The notes under the pieces: model-generated | Told to the model about the DNA's origin: nothing | The model's input: only the letters and a program-made list of their open reading frames with translations | Database searches by the model: none | Program-made: the position numbers and the translations under genes | Part shown: positions 63,552-64,000 of the stretch, in pieces | Numbering within the stretch: position 1 is the stretch's first letter | How the letters are laid out: the number at the start of each line of letters is the position of its first letter | Assembly (NCBI RefSeq): GCF_020745735.1 | Contig: NW_026867476.1 | Coordinates: 248,001-312,000, forward strand | Direction of reading: 5' to 3' | DNA length: 64,000 nucleotides | Source: Hemiscyllium ocellatum | Taxonomy: Eukaryota

Positions 63552-64000
63552 ACCAGCGATGTTTGTCTCGTCTCAGATATAGGGCATCATTTAAAACAGC
63601 ATTACGAGAGTTCCATGTAGTCGATACATACTAACAATGGTTCCTCTGGGATCTTAATGCTATTTACTCGCCAGTTTTGATGTAGTGAGGTTTCTTGAGG
63701 TGAAGTTATCATCAGGAATATTCAGATTATACTTACTTTAAAAGTAACAGCGCTCTTGTAAAGTTATTAGTTATTTATCAGAATTGAAGCCTTACAGGTT
63801 AATCCGATTTATTGTGTCAACAAATTCCGTCCACGACCCCTTCCGCATCAGCTTCGAAACTCACAAACTCTCCAATTCAGGACAAAGAATCAAAGTTACC
63901 TGAGCAACAGAAGCTTCAAAATCCAGGCCAAAGCATACATACCATTCCGAGTTTGAACTTCATAACGATTATTGCACATCCGCCAATTGAAAATCCTAGC

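Noticed and set aside
63560-63950. Minus-strand MYALAWILKLLLL leader-like exon with faint V traces
   Set aside because: Donor phase is inconsistent with V leaders and the downstream sequence is too degraded to call.

Overview
Eukaryotic genomic DNA from a cartilaginous fish (shark-type CR1 LINEs and HE1-like SINEs; species not determinable from sequence alone). It is part of the T-cell receptor alpha/delta variable region. The only intact coding unit is a NAR-TCR cassette on the + strand: leader exon (24947-24989), IgNAR-like V (25121-25408, 23-RSS), one D (25791-25805, 12/12-RSS), one J (26183-26236, 23-RSS), then a supporting TCR-delta V (31427-31736) with a CDR1 cysteine and no ATG-bearing leader of its own. 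That supporting V is followed by three tandem ~60-bp units, each built on a 23-RSS (near-consensus, perfect, dead). The first unit is open in the V reading frame, which suggests secondary rearrangement and/or ultralong CDR3s. Around the cassette lie at least five clear and several doubtful V pseudogenes in both orientations, three decayed GPR139-like class A GPCR genes spaced ~21-22 kb apart, a Gmr1-type Gypsy element (6927-15110) with nested CR1 and Penelope fragments, many CR1 fragments, SINEs and microsatellites. No constant-region exon, rRNA, tRNA gene or CRISPR array was found. All calls come from manual reading; no database search was run.
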